Below, in pieces: positions 40,600 to 51,165 of a stretch of 64,000 bases of DNA; positions within the stretch are counted from its first letter, which is position 1; every line of letters starts with the position of its first letter. The DNA is from an uncultured virus (IMG/VR IMGVR_UViG_3300034157_000062) (lineage: Duplodnaviria > Heunggongvirae > Uroviricota > Caudoviricetes). The notes beneath the pieces are model-generated. The model had not been told where the DNA came from and searched no databases. It was given only the letters and a program-made list of their open reading frames with translations. The stretch lies in IMG/VR virus record IMGVR_UViG_3300034157_000062. One strand, 5' to 3'. Made by a program: the position numbers and the translations under genes.

Positions 40600-40677
40600 T
40601 GGATGGCTCCTAGTTATCTATAAATTATAACACTTTGTTTATATTTTATCAAACTAGATTTTCGATATGACCGATTA

Positions 40678-41271
40678 TTATTGTTCTTTTATTTTCTCAT
40701 CATAATAAGTGTATGGTAGCAATCTGGCAATGTTCTTCGCGTCATCAATGCCACGGTGTGGTGTGCCAATAAATTGTAGCCCACTTTTAGTTAACGCTCT
40801 ACCTAATCCAATTTCTCTACCAATTTTTTGTTTCTTAGCAAACAAGTTTTTCAAGTTTACACCGGCATCAAAGTGAAACTTTTGACCGTTTCTTTCACAA
40901 AACTTTTTTAGCTCACGAAAATCATAGCGTCCCCAAGAACAGAACTCAGGGTTAGGATATTGTATGAACCAGTCTTCAAAAGATTGATAGGCTTCCTTGT
41001 ATAATGGAGCATTGTCCACATCTGATTGTTTGATTTTAGTGAGCCACATACAAAAAGGTGTTAATTCTGTATTGTAGTTGAGTGGCTTTACAAAGGTTTG
41101 GAACTCACCCAGTATTTCAAGTTTTTCATTAACTGCAACTGCACCAATTTCTATCGGTTCAGATAAATCTCTGTTAAAGGTTGATTGAGGGTTGTCTTGG
41201 TCATCACAAGTGGCTTCGATGTCAGTAATGATGAATGTTTTTTGAGGTGTTTCTATTATAGTATTTTTCAT
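40678..41271 (-). CDS. DEDDh 3'-5' exonuclease (ERI-1/KapD-like)
   Basis: DIEATC, IEIGAV, SWGRYD, HRGIDDAKN. Confidence 0.9.
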   Translation of the reverse strand: MKNTIIETPQKTFIITDIEATCDDQDNPQSTFNRDLSEPIEIGAVAVNEKLEILGEFQTFVKPLNYNTELTPFCMWLTKIKQSDVDNAPLYKEAYQSFEDWFIQYPNPEFCSWGRYDFRELKKFCERNGQKFHFDAGVNLKNLFAKKQKIGREIGLGRALTKSGLQFIGTPHRGIDDAKNIARLLPYTYYDEKIKEQ

Positions 41272-41402
41272 GTCCGCAATTATAACAGTGAACGTTTAAT
41301 AAATCAAGCAATTTCTTTTTATTCAATATTTTTTTTGACAAATGGTTGTTCTCTATTATTATATAAGAGATTTTTATATTTTTACTAAAAAAGGAGAATA
41401 AT

Positions 41403-42149
41403 ATGGAAAAATCATCTAATAAAAGTTCTGATTTAATACCTATGATTATAGCATCTTGTCTGGGTATTTTAGGGGCAGTCATTCTTGCTTATTCACTTTC
41501 GATCAATTATGATGTTTTCAATCTTTATAACATTCAACAAGATGGATTTAATTTTTCAGCTCATTCAAGAACAGTAGCCGACCCCTTCTTCGTAGGTATG
41601 TTTGGACTATTTTCTCTTGTAATTGGAATATTTATTTGTTCTTTTATGGGTTTTATTTATTATGATGACTTCAAAAAACATTTTAATAAATTTGTAGTTT
41701 CTATTCCATTAGTCTTTGCGGTATTTGCCGTATTTGTCGTTAACTTTGATACAAAAGAAACGACATTAGTGAGAGCAAGCAATGAAATTTATAATCAAAT
41801 CGCTAACAGATATGAAGATAAAACAGTATTTACTAATTCTATTCCAGCAAAAGAGTTTCAATTAGCATTGGAAACAAAAAACTTTGAAGCATTAAAAGTT
41901 TTTATAAACAATCCGAATAAAATTAAAGGTTTGGATGAATCTGATATGTTTAATAAATTGTTAACAGTTCAAAATATTTCTAATAAATCAGTTCGTGATG
42001 ATTTTAATCAAATATACAGTGATCGATTCATTACACGAGAAGAATACAAATCATTTAAAGATAACGCGATGAACAGTATCCTGCAAACGTTGGCTGCTGA
42101 TGTTCCGACTAATGTTGGTAACGATAAGCTGTTAATTACTAATCTTTAA
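41403..42149 (+). CDS. Membrane protein (3 TM segments plus soluble C-terminal domain)
   Basis: Hydrophobic segments; AGGAG SD; downstream terminator. Confidence 0.75.
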   Translation: MEKSSNKSSDLIPMIIASCLGILGAVILAYSLSINYDVFNLYNIQQDGFNFSAHSRTVADPFFVGMFGLFSLVIGIFICSFMGFIYYDDFKKHFNKFVVSIPLVFAVFAVFVVNFDTKETTLVRASNEIYNQIANRYEDKTVFTNSIPAKEFQLALETKNFEALKVFINNPNKIKGLDESDMFNKLLTVQNISNKSVRDDFNQIYSDRFITREEYKSFKDNAMNSILQTLAADVPTNVGNDKLLITNL

Positions 42150-42200
42150 CAATTATATGCATAAAAAAACCCACTTCCCAGTGGGCTTTTTTTTGTCTCT

Positions 42201-43328
42201 TTATTCGTTGTATTCAGTTTTGAGCTGTTCATACAATTTAGCAATGTCATCAAGATTGCTTTCTGTGTTATCAAATTTTACAATCTTACCAAATTGAACA
42301 CTGGCAATTGCTGCTTTGATTTGTGCTTTTTTAGCCCCATTACTTTTCATGTGTTTAATACGATTTTCAGCAACAACTGGATCAATGTTTCTAAATTCTA
42401 CCAATCTAGAATGTCGTACTGATTGTTCAGCGTCTACTAGAATGACATGGTTATTGCAAAGGTTGAGCATATTGCTTTCTACCAACAAGGCAGAGTTAAT
42501 CAACACAATGCCTTTTTTACCACGAAGTTCTTTACGAAGCAAAACCATAACAGGTTCTCTGAAGATTTCATTCAAGAAGTCAACATGTTCTTTACTGTCT
42601 TCGTTTCCAAAAGCAATTTGTCCAATTTTTGCACGATCAAGTGTACCGAAACGTTTACGAATAAGCTCACGGATTTCTTTATAGCGTGGTTTGTCAGAGC
42701 TGTAGACTTGATGAGCCAGTTTATCCAGTTCAATGTTGTAGACCAAAGGGTTACCTTCTGATTCAGCATGTTGTTTCTCAGAATAGAGAGCGAGTTGGTC
42801 AGCTACATACGACTTACCAGAACCCATGACACCAGTTACACCATATACCAGTTGACTTGAAATTTTACGTTCAAGCAGCTTTTTAACTGGCAGTGGAACA
42901 TACTCATGAATTAGACCATTCTCAGCTTGAATTGCTTTGACGTTGCTAGAACTTACATGAGCGAGTTTAGAGCGTGAAAACATAAAGAAAGTATCAATAT
43001 CCATTTGAGAACCGTTGATCTGGTCAAGGGCTTGTTCATCAACAGCATCAGAAGCATTTCGAATACCTCGAACAATAATGCTAGCTCCTTGTTCAAAGGC
43101 GAAGTCAACCAACAGACCTTCAAAGAACATCACAGTGACGTTGCTAAGGTGTGAGAGTGATTGCTTGGCAACCTTTAAACGCTCATCAGGGGTCAACATA
43201 TATTTTTTGTTAGGGTTTACACCAAGACCAACAATAAGCTTATCAAAGCCTGCAGCAGCACGGTTAATGATGTCAATATGACCGAAGGTAATAGGGTCGC
43301 CAGATAGTGCGTAAACAGCAGTAGTCAT
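42201..43328 (-). CDS. coaD: Bifunctional phosphopantetheine adenylyltransferase / dephospho-CoA kinase (CoaD-CoaE fusion)
   Basis: SGDPITFGH, VRGIR, HVSSSNVK, then GVTGVMGSGKS, LDRAKIGQIAF, SALLVE. Confidence 0.9.
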   Translation of the reverse strand: MTTAVYALSGDPITFGHIDIINRAAAGFDKLIVGLGVNPNKKYMLTPDERLKVAKQSLSHLSNVTVMFFEGLLVDFAFEQGASIIVRGIRNASDAVDEQALDQINGSQMDIDTFFMFSRSKLAHVSSSNVKAIQAENGLIHEYVPLPVKKLLERKISSQLVYGVTGVMGSGKSYVADQLALYSEKQHAESEGNPLVYNIELDKLAHQVYSSDKPRYKEIRELIRKRFGTLDRAKIGQIAFGNEDSKEHVDFLNEIFREPVMVLLRKELRGKKGIVLINSALLVESNMLNLCNNHVILVDAEQSVRHSRLVEFRNIDPVVAENRIKHMKSNGAKKAQIKAAIASVQFGKIVKFDNTESNLDDIAKLYEQLKTEYNE

Positions 43329-43402
43329 GATGTATATCTCCAATTTGTGTTATTAAAAAATGCTCTCTGACGAGTGCATTAATTTATTGATTAAAACGGG
43401 GG

Positions 43403-43573
43403 TTATTGAGATTTAATTTTTCTTGGGCTTTGTTTTTTGTGTCTCCCATTGTCCTTTAACTCTTCAAGTGCCCTTTGCCCTTTTACGACTCTTTCTTTTG
43501 AGTGGAAATAATCATCTTCGGCAAGTTCATCTAATTTGTCAAGATCAATAGCCTTCACATCAATTTTGCTCAT
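43403..43573 (-). CDS. Small charged hypothetical protein (56 aa; not in ORF track)
   Basis: GAGG-led ATG; MSKIDVKAIDLDKLDELAEDDYF...RKIKSQ. Confidence 0.6.
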   Translation of the reverse strand: MSKIDVKAIDLDKLDELAEDDYFHSKERVVKGQRALEELKDNGRHKKQSPRKIKSQ

Positions 43574-43668
43574 AGGTTTTCCTCATTTATAGCCTTTAAA
43601 AAGGCTACGAAATGATTCGCCACCTTTTATATTATATTACACTACTTAGATATTTAATTCAATACCTT

Positions 43669-44046
43669 TTAATGGAATATCTTACTAATTATGCTTGCAA
43701 AACCTAAACGTCTATTTTGACTTAAAGCTAATTTTATCTCACTCAAAATATCTTCATATTCTTTGTATTTTGGCTCTTTATCTGTCTTTATTATAGCACA
43801 CATTATACCTAATATGCCACTAATAATTTCAGAATCTGAAAAACCTTGTAATAAAGTGCCGTCATCTGTCTTAGTCACTAAGACGTGAACAATACTCATA
43901 CAGCCCGATATTTTGTTTGTTGGATTTCGATCTTCTTCTGGTAAAAGGTTAAGATCTCTTTTTCTGGACAATATGTAATCATACAACAACTCGTCATCAC
44001 TGTTGTATAGTTTTAATTCGTTTAATATTTTTTCTTTGGGTGTCAT
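43669..44046 (-). CDS. sufE: SufE/CsdE family sulfur-acceptor protein
   Basis: NKISGCMSxV, SDSEIISG, LSQNRRLG. Confidence 0.85.
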   Translation of the reverse strand: MTPKEKILNELKLYNSDDELLYDYILSRKRDLNLLPEEDRNPTNKISGCMSIVHVLVTKTDDGTLLQGFSDSEIISGILGIMCAIIKTDKEPKYKEYEDILSEIKLALSQNRRLGFASIISKIFH

Positions 44047-44129
44047 AGTTCAGTTCCTATTAGAATGCTCTAATTTTACTGCTTAAAAAAAAATAATCAA
44101 TTGTAAAAAAAATAAAGCACCTAAGTGCC

Positions 44130-44279
44130 TTATCGTTGATCCATTTTGTAGTAACGTTCTTTTTTACGTTTGTTTTCTTTTGATTCCATAATATTATATG
44201 GCTCAGCAGGAAAGAATGATTCAAATATTTTACTTATAAAGTCGCAAACATAGTTTGTTTCTTTTTCTTGGCGTTTCAT
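44130..44279 (-). CDS. Small hypothetical protein (49 aa; not in ORF track)
   Basis: AGGAG-led ATG; MKRQEKETNYVCDF...KMDQR; terminator downstream. Confidence 0.5.
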   Translation of the reverse strand: MKRQEKETNYVCDFISKIFESFFPAEPYNIMESKENKRKKERYYKMDQR

Positions 44280-44362
44280 TTTAAAGCTCCTAATTGGCTA
44301 TCTATTTACCACCGATATTACCATTACGGCAAAAAACTGTCAAGTATATTGAACATATATAT

Positions 44363-44977
44363 TTAATTGAGCTTTAAATCTACGTTTGCTTTTTTGATTT
44401 TATATTGCCTGTATTCTTCATTAATTTGATCTTCGATAAGCTTATCATTGTAATAAATTTTTACTTTGTTGCGAGTATCAAACATATCGTTTGCACAGGC
44501 AACATAAATTGAACGGTTGTCTTTAGTAATTGACCTCATATTGAATATTGCATCCATTACATTGTAAGTACCAATACCATATTGATTTCTTAATTTAGTG
44601 ATTGCGGTATCTGCCATCTCACAGTTATTTTCAATATAATTTTTATAGATTATTTCATAAATTTTACCACTGTCTTTTGTGGCGTAGATAATTAATTGAT
44701 TATTTTGCCCGTTACTTCCACTGATTGTCGCTGTAACATAATCGTATTTAGTCTCACTTTCACTAGTTTTATCAATAGCAAAGAGGTTTGGATTTTTAAA
44801 TAGTGTTTCAATATTATCACCAAGATTTACGCCATACATTCCACCAATAGGTTCATTTTTAGTTTCTAAATCTTTTAAATCCGCTAATTTTATGAAGCCA
44901 TAATACATTGTGATAACGATTAGAACAACCGAAATTAGTATGCTACCGATTATAACGTCTTTTTTGTTTAACTCCAT
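44363..44977 (-). CDS. Membrane-anchored hypothetical protein
   Basis: N-terminal TM segment; GGMYGVNLG. Confidence 0.7.
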   Translation of the reverse strand: MELNKKDVIIGSILISVVLIVITMYYGFIKLADLKDLETKNEPIGGMYGVNLGDNIETLFKNPNLFAIDKTSESETKYDYVTATISGSNGQNNQLIIYATKDSGKIYEIIYKNYIENNCEMADTAITKLRNQYGIGTYNVMDAIFNMRSITKDNRSIYVACANDMFDTRNKVKIYYNDKLIEDQINEEYRQYKIKKANVDLKLN

Positions 44978-45054
44978 GAGAAAACTCCTGTAAAGTTATA
45001 ATATTAGTATTTATATGATTTTTGTCAAGTAAACAAAAAAGAGCCAGAAGGCTC

Positions 45055-45657
45055 TTATGGTATACGATACGAACTGTAAAAACTGTTATAGGTGTCAAGA
45101 GCTTTCACATCACACGAACTTATATAAATTTCTTTATCCACTTTGATAGGTGTTGCTATTTCATAGACTAAGTAGCCATTGTTAATATTGAAGACTTGCT
45201 CATATTCATAACCCTCTCTGTGAGAAATGTTAAATACATAATCTGCATTACTGCCTTTAACGATATCTCTATGTATCCATTTATCAACGTAGTTACTATT
45301 TCTGTCATTAGTTTTCTTGCCATTCATGCTGAATATTTTATTCTCAGACTCGTTGTAATATTTAATATCAGTGAATTGTGGATCTTTACACATAAAAAGT
45401 TTGCAGGTGGTGCAGGGATACTTTTCACATTTTTCAATACCATCTATCTTACCCATCAAAAAGACAGATTTGTTTTGATGGCTTTTAAATTTTAAAATTT
45501 CTACTTCATCATATTTGAAATGTTTAACAAAACTTGTTCCGCAGGATAACTTTGTAAAGTCAAAGGTTGTCGTCTTACTAGCAGTGGAACACCCAGTTAT
45601 TGTTAAAAGTGCAAAGGTGACCAGTAAGGGATTAAGAAACCCTTTAACTATTTTCAT
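45055..45657 (-). CDS. Putative lipoprotein
   Basis: Lipobox ITGC; Cys cluster CEKYPCTTC. Confidence 0.65.
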   Translation of the reverse strand: MKIVKGFLNPLLVTFALLTITGCSTASKTTTFDFTKLSCGTSFVKHFKYDEVEILKFKSHQNKSVFLMGKIDGIEKCEKYPCTTCKLFMCKDPQFTDIKYYNESENKIFSMNGKKTNDRNSNYVDKWIHRDIVKGSNADYVFNISHREGYEYEQVFNINNGYLVYEIATPIKVDKEIYISSCDVKALDTYNSFYSSYRIP

Positions 45658-45740
45658 TTTACGACTCTCATTGTTTTCAGTTATTATACAATAAACTGAA
45701 ATTATATCAATCTAGCTAATTGATTATTTTGCAAAATAAT

Positions 45741-46031
45741 TTAAGAAAAATTTAAATAATCATCATACCGTATCCAAACCGTGCCTTTCTTATAGATTTT
45801 ATTCTGAATAACCATGTGCATTTTAGGTATGTTTGATAAAATGAATTTCAAATCATTTTCAGTTAAGTCATCAACATGAATGAATTCAGCACATTGCATG
45901 AAATAGCTGTCAATGCCATCTTCTATGCATTTATTATAAAGTTCTTCTTTACTGTTTACTGTTGATAATACATAGTAATTTCGAGCACCTTCCCCTGTTG
46001 CTGCATATTGTAATTTCATAAAATAAGCCAT
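45741..46031 (-). CDS. Small hypothetical protein
   Basis: GAGG-led ATG at 46031 (MAYFMKLQYAATGEG). Confidence 0.65.
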   Translation of the reverse strand: MAYFMKLQYAATGEGARNYYVLSTVNSKEELYNKCIEDGIDSYFMQCAEFIHVDDLTENDLKFILSNIPKMHMVIQNKIYKKGTVWIRYDDYLNFS

Positions 46032-46150
46032 ATTATTTACCTCTAATGATCTGGTAACTATATAACAACTTATATTTATTGTCAATTCGGTATAATTGAC
46101 TTTAATGTCTAAAAGATGTATAATACAAAAATATAAAAAAAGGATGAGCA

Positions 46151-46960
46151 ATGTTTAGTAAAATATTAGGTATTAAGAAAAAATACGAGCAAACCCTAGA
46201 AGAAAATATCAGCATCGAAGACTATAAGCCCAAAATAACCATTTTTACAGGGGCTGGAATTTCTCGTGAAAGTGGCCTTGAAACATTCAGGGACAGTGAT
46301 GGTTTGTGGAATAACCATTCTATTGACGAAATCGCCACCGCCAGTGCTATTCGCAATAATTTTCCGAAGGTTAATAACTTTTACAACATGAGACGCCGTG
46401 AAATTGTCTCGGCAGAACCTAATGAAGCTCATCTATTACTTAAAAAGCTTGAAGACCATTTTGATGTCGTTATTGTCACTCAAAACGTTGATAACTTGCA
46501 TGAAAAAGCAGGAAGCTCTAAAGTATTACATCTTCATGGTGAAATCATGAAATCAAGACCTATTGCTAATACAAAGATATTCTATGATCAATTAGAAGAT
46601 ATTAATGTAGGTGACAGATGCCCAGCGACTAATTCACAATTAAGACCTCATGTTGTTTTGTTTAATGAAAAGCTTGATGAAGAAATATTTTATGAATCCA
46701 GAAGACATATTAGAGAATCTGATTTATTTATTGTTATAGGTAGCAGCTTACAAGTAAACCCAGCCGCTTCGTTGGTTGCCGAAGGTAATGGAATGAGAGA
46801 GTTTTATCTGGTTGACCCTAATGATATTGAAACCATGTATCGTCACAAATTTAATCATGTTAAAGAGACAGCTATTAATGGGCTGAATACCTTATATCCT
46901 ACACTTATCGAGCAAGCAGCAGAAATGGTTGAAAAATTTAAAGAGAAAAAAGGAGCTTGA
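46151..46960 (+). CDS. cobB: Sir2/CobB-family NAD-dependent deacylase (no zinc-finger cysteines)
   Basis: TGAGISRESG, TFR, TQNVDNLHEKAG, HLHG, RPHVV, GSSLQVNPAA. Confidence 0.92.
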   Translation: MFSKILGIKKKYEQTLEENISIEDYKPKITIFTGAGISRESGLETFRDSDGLWNNHSIDEIATASAIRNNFPKVNNFYNMRRREIVSAEPNEAHLLLKKLEDHFDVVIVTQNVDNLHEKAGSSKVLHLHGEIMKSRPIANTKIFYDQLEDINVGDRCPATNSQLRPHVVLFNEKLDEEIFYESRRHIRESDLFIVIGSSLQVNPAASLVAEGNGMREFYLVDPNDIETMYRHKFNHVKETAINGLNTLYPTLIEQAAEMVEKFKEKKGA

Positions 46961-46968
46961 TAGCTCCT

Positions 46969-47838
46969 TTATAATTTTATTCCACTGTCTTTTAATCGTT
47001 TTTTCGTTATTAATTCAACATCCATAGCATAATTACTCACTTCTGCCTCTTTTTCTTTGTATTTTTTTGTATGTTTTTCATTTAGGTTTTTAACCAGTTT
47101 GTAACTAGCATGAATGACTGCCAAGGTATTATTCACTATCGGTATGTACTTATTAGATGATGACATATTTTCTTGAAGAACAATATTTTCTGAGTTATCA
47201 TCATTGATGATGTTGATTAAAGGCTCATAAAAACTGGTATCAATCTTAGGATCATAATTCAACATTTGGTCTTTACTATATTTTACGGCTTTCTTAAATC
47301 TTGATACGGTCGCAATCGCTTCACCAAAATTCTTATTGATCCCAACCATGTAGACATTATAGTCTTGTTCATACAAACCTTTATGATAAGCAACGTTGAG
47401 TTCATTTAATAATCTAATACCATTTTCAAGAGCGTTTATTGCCATAATACAAATGTCTTCAATTTCCTTGGTCACACGATTAATTTCAAAACACGCTTCT
47501 TTTTCAGCCATAAGCCTTCTATTTTTTTCACCGTTTTCATCATTACCGGCGATAATAGCGTTCTTACCATATTCAATAAGGAAAACCTTTCGTTCTTCTA
47601 TTTCTTTTTTTGTTTTTTCTATTGTATGGGTAGACGACTGAATGGCTTCAATGATTTCATTAACTTTTGTATGTTCATTTTTATCAAAAAACTTTTTAAG
47701 AAACGAACGTTTGACTTGTTCGGCTTTTTTAACCAACAAAATCTGTTCATATTCGACTATTTTGTATTGTTCATTACTTATAATTTCTGTTTTTATTTCA
47801 AGAAATTCCTTGTAATTTTCTATATGCAATTCTAACAT
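46969..47838 (-). CDS. Coiled-coil hypothetical protein
   Basis: 289-aa ORF with helical heptad character. Confidence 0.65.
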   Translation of the reverse strand: MLELHIENYKEFLEIKTEIISNEQYKIVEYEQILLVKKAEQVKRSFLKKFFDKNEHTKVNEIIEAIQSSTHTIEKTKKEIEERKVFLIEYGKNAIIAGNDENGEKNRRLMAEKEACFEINRVTKEIEDICIMAINALENGIRLLNELNVAYHKGLYEQDYNVYMVGINKNFGEAIATVSRFKKAVKYSKDQMLNYDPKIDTSFYEPLINIINDDNSENIVLQENMSSSNKYIPIVNNTLAVIHASYKLVKNLNEKHTKKYKEKEAEVSNYAMDVELITKKRLKDSGIKL

Positions 47839-47954
47839 TATTATAGCCCCTAAAAAAGTCCTTTAAGCTTAACACAAAGTAAAACACAATTCAACAAAAA
47901 CAGTCTATTTTTTAGACATTGTTTATAAATAAAAAAAGAGCCTCGCACTCTTTT

Positions 47955-48464
47955 TTATTCTTCTTTGAAATATTCTTCCATTATATACCAGAGGTAATCA
48001 TGAGCACTATTTAAGACATTCTGGTAAATCTCTCTTTGAATCTCTTTACGAGTATGTTCATCTTTTGCTTTTTCATAGATTTTGATAACAGGTAGATGAC
48101 AGTTATAGGATTCAATTTTTACATAGTTTTCTTTAGCGTGTAAAGAATGACGACCATCAGGTACCGAAGAGTGTTCCGATTGTTCTTGATACACGGCAAT
48201 ATGTCTATATTCAGGTAATGTATCACTTTCATGATAACCATAAATTTCAGAGTTTAATTCTTTAAATTTATCTCTATTTCCTATGACGAAGAATATATTT
48301 CTGATTTTTATTAGAAGTTCTGGATCAACAGGCAATTCAGTATGAGCATAGGCAACTGTATCCATTCTCTTTATTTCTTCAGTAATATCATCATAAACTG
48401 ATAACAATAATAGTTTAACTTCAAGATTGTTATTGATAGCTAACAAATAATTATTTTTTATCAT
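47955..48464 (-). CDS. Hypothetical protein
   Basis: 169-aa ORF with terminator downstream. Confidence 0.65.
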   Translation of the reverse strand: MIKNNYLLAINNNLEVKLLLLSVYDDITEEIKRMDTVAYAHTELPVDPELLIKIRNIFFVIGNRDKFKELNSEIYGYHESDTLPEYRHIAVYQEQSEHSSVPDGRHSLHAKENYVKIESYNCHLPVIKIYEKAKDEHTRKEIQREIYQNVLNSAHDYLWYIMEEYFKEE

Positions 48465-48588
48465 TTTAGTAATCCAAGTTTATTACTATTATACTAGAAG
48501 ATTTACAATAAATGTCAATTTAACAGTTTTAATTAAAAAAACATTGAAAAATATAACAGAGAATGATATTATCCCAGAAGAACTATAA

Positions 48589-49857
48589 TTGGAGGCTTTA
48601 AAATTGAATGATAACAATGTAGGAAACCCCATTGCAGGATTTTTAAATGTAATAAACAGTGATAATTATCCAAAAAAAATACTTAATATTTTTCAAGATT
48701 TCATTCAAGAATATGGCGTAAGAGGTACCTACGAAACATTAAGGGATACTTTAAATGATTTTAAAGCAAGTAATAATATTGATAATGATTCAATAACTTT
48801 GAACGAACTCGTTACTTATGTTCAAAACAGTAAATTTAAAGATATTTTTGTGAATGTTGACATGGAAAAAGCTGTTGACGTTTTTTTAATGGATTCTACG
48901 GACACGAGTGTTCTAAAAAATGCTTTTAAAACTATGGCTCTTGATATAAATGATAATCCTGACAATATTTATTCTCATAATCATTGTCCACGAATTCCTT
49001 ACGATGAAGAACTTTGTGATGTCACTAATTTAATGAATACAATTTCTCATATAAAAAACATGGAAATGGTTGTGAATCTTGCAAACTTTGTTGAAATTTA
49101 TTATCAAACTTCAGAAGGTAAAGCATTCATTGATAAATTTTCAACTATATTGAGTAATGACACACAGGCTATGATTTCATTTGCTAAGGTTATGCAACCA
49201 GACTTGATTGTTGAATTAAGTGAAGTCGATTTAGAAGATACTCATGATTATTTTAATGAATTATTTACAACAATGAACAACTATTCAGTTCGTCCTCTAT
49301 TTATTACAGATAACAATGGTTTTATGTATTATAAATTTGATAAGAAAATCACAATTAATGGTATGTTCTTCTCATTCCAAAATAATAAAATTGTTTTAAG
49401 TGCTGGTTTAACTACTGACTCTCATCATTTAGCTGAAGGTGTTTCCCCTTTTGAATATGGTATTGTCTCTAAATTGATTGCAGAAGCTATTGTTAATGAA
49501 TTAGAAGATAAATGTTCTGGTAACCGTTCAATATCAGCAATGCATGAGTATTGGAATTCAATAGATTTATTGTCTCGTAATGCATTTATGACCGATGCAC
49601 TTATTAATATTTTTCTAAAGTATAACATTATTCAGGATAAAGATATATTTTCCAAACACTTAAGTAATCAAGAAACCATTAGAAGTGGATTCTTAATTGC
49701 TAGTTTAAAAGAAGTTCTACTTAGACTTAAATCGGCAATGTTAGTCAATAAAAGACTTGGTACCACTGGTGTCATCACAGCAGAAAAGCTGGAACAATTT
49801 TTTGAAACCAAAGAAACATTTGACTTCCGTATAAATTACACAAGCATTGTAGAATAA
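48589..49857 (+). CDS. Hypothetical protein (paralog of 49886..51118)
   Basis: Shared FVExYYxTxEGK, NGxF, AEG, YW, NAF, YNII. Confidence 0.75.
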   Translation: MEALKLNDNNVGNPIAGFLNVINSDNYPKKILNIFQDFIQEYGVRGTYETLRDTLNDFKASNNIDNDSITLNELVTYVQNSKFKDIFVNVDMEKAVDVFLMDSTDTSVLKNAFKTMALDINDNPDNIYSHNHCPRIPYDEELCDVTNLMNTISHIKNMEMVVNLANFVEIYYQTSEGKAFIDKFSTILSNDTQAMISFAKVMQPDLIVELSEVDLEDTHDYFNELFTTMNNYSVRPLFITDNNGFMYYKFDKKITINGMFFSFQNNKIVLSAGLTTDSHHLAEGVSPFEYGIVSKLIAEAIVNELEDKCSGNRSISAMHEYWNSIDLLSRNAFMTDALINIFLKYNIIQDKDIFSKHLSNQETIRSGFLIASLKEVLLRLKSAMLVNKRLGTTGVITAEKLEQFFETKETFDFRINYTSIVE

Positions 49858-49885
49858 AGACTCATTTTAACAGGAGATTTTAAAA

Positions 49886-51118
49886 TTGAACAATAACGTA
49901 TCGAATGAAAAAAAGAAACATATGACTGAATTATTAACTGTTTTTATAACAACCGTTACGCGGCTAAATGGTAACGAAGCAGTTTGTCTACAGTTAAGAA
50001 ATAAACTAGACCAATTCAAATTTGATTTAGATATTAGTGATGATTATTTCACTGTTGATGAACTTGTTAATCACATTGATAACACTGATTTTAAAGGTTT
50101 GTTTGGAAATGACACACAAAAAGGTGTTGAAATTTTCTTTAACAATCATATGAAAACATCACGATTAGAAGATCTCTTTACTAATATGGCAGCAGGTATT
50201 AATGAAACTAACTATTCACATCAAATTTACTCCAAGATACATGAACCATTTCCAGAAGAATCTTCAAAATTGACCATTATAGGTAATTTAATGAATAAGT
50301 TTTTACATTTTAAAAGAATGGAAATGAACTATGCACTGGCAAAATTTGTTGAAATGTATTATTTAACAAAAGAAGGTAAAATATTTATCGAAAGTTTCAA
50401 CGACTGTATGGCAGCAGACTTTAAAGCAATTTTTGAGAATAGACTTAAACCAAGGGAACAACAACTCGTTATTATTCCACAAAAAAAAGCTTATTTTAAG
50501 AAATTATTTAAAAAAATGAATGAATCATCATTTTGTCCTGTCATCTTTACAGATGCTAATGATAACACATTTTATAGATTTCAAAAAAAATCAACACTCA
50601 ATGGTATATTTATTGGATTTGAAGATAATCAGGTGAGATTTAGTGTTGGCTTAAAATTAGATGAAAAAGATTCCGCAGAAGGTATTGAACCTATGCATCA
50701 TGGGGTTCTTGCTCGAACTTTTGCTGATGCTGTTTATAAATCTTTAAAGCAAAAGGTTAATTCAAATGGAACCGATCAAATATATTTAATGAGAAAATAT
50801 TGGGAACATGTAGTGAATAAGGACGATGCCAGCAAAAATGCTTTCTTATCCAAAGCTATCTATAATTTATTGACAGAATACAATATTATAAAAAATGGCA
50901 TTGATGCAGCAGAAGCCTTTAAATCGGCTACAAAAACATTAGAAAATGGTAAGGCCAATGGTCAACTTAAAGAGATGGTATTAACGCTGCACCCAGCCCT
51001 ATTTATGAGTAGAAAATTAGGTTTTGATGTAGATGTTAATAATGAAGTAATCATGCTTAAATTTTTTGCAGGAACACCAGATTGTGGCTTTAAACTAAAT
51101 TATCTTCAATCAACATAA
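49886..51118 (+). CDS. Hypothetical protein (paralog of 48589..49857)
   Basis: Same motifs; AGGAG-led TTG start. Confidence 0.75.
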   Translation: MNNNVSNEKKKHMTELLTVFITTVTRLNGNEAVCLQLRNKLDQFKFDLDISDDYFTVDELVNHIDNTDFKGLFGNDTQKGVEIFFNNHMKTSRLEDLFTNMAAGINETNYSHQIYSKIHEPFPEESSKLTIIGNLMNKFLHFKRMEMNYALAKFVEMYYLTKEGKIFIESFNDCMAADFKAIFENRLKPREQQLVIIPQKKAYFKKLFKKMNESSFCPVIFTDANDNTFYRFQKKSTLNGIFIGFEDNQVRFSVGLKLDEKDSAEGIEPMHHGVLARTFADAVYKSLKQKVNSNGTDQIYLMRKYWEHVVNKDDASKNAFLSKAIYNLLTEYNIIKNGIDAAEAFKSATKTLENGKANGQLKEMVLTLHPALFMSRKLGFDVDVNNEVIMLKFFAGTPDCGFKLNYLQST

Positions 51119-51165
51119 TTCTAAAAATTATTATTTAAAAGACCTTTTGAGGTCTTTTTTTTTGC

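Noticed and set aside
46151..46960. Sir2 as a Thoeris/DSR-type defence NADase
   Set aside because: Motifs and length match a stand-alone CobB-type deacylase; there are no partner defence genes adjacent.
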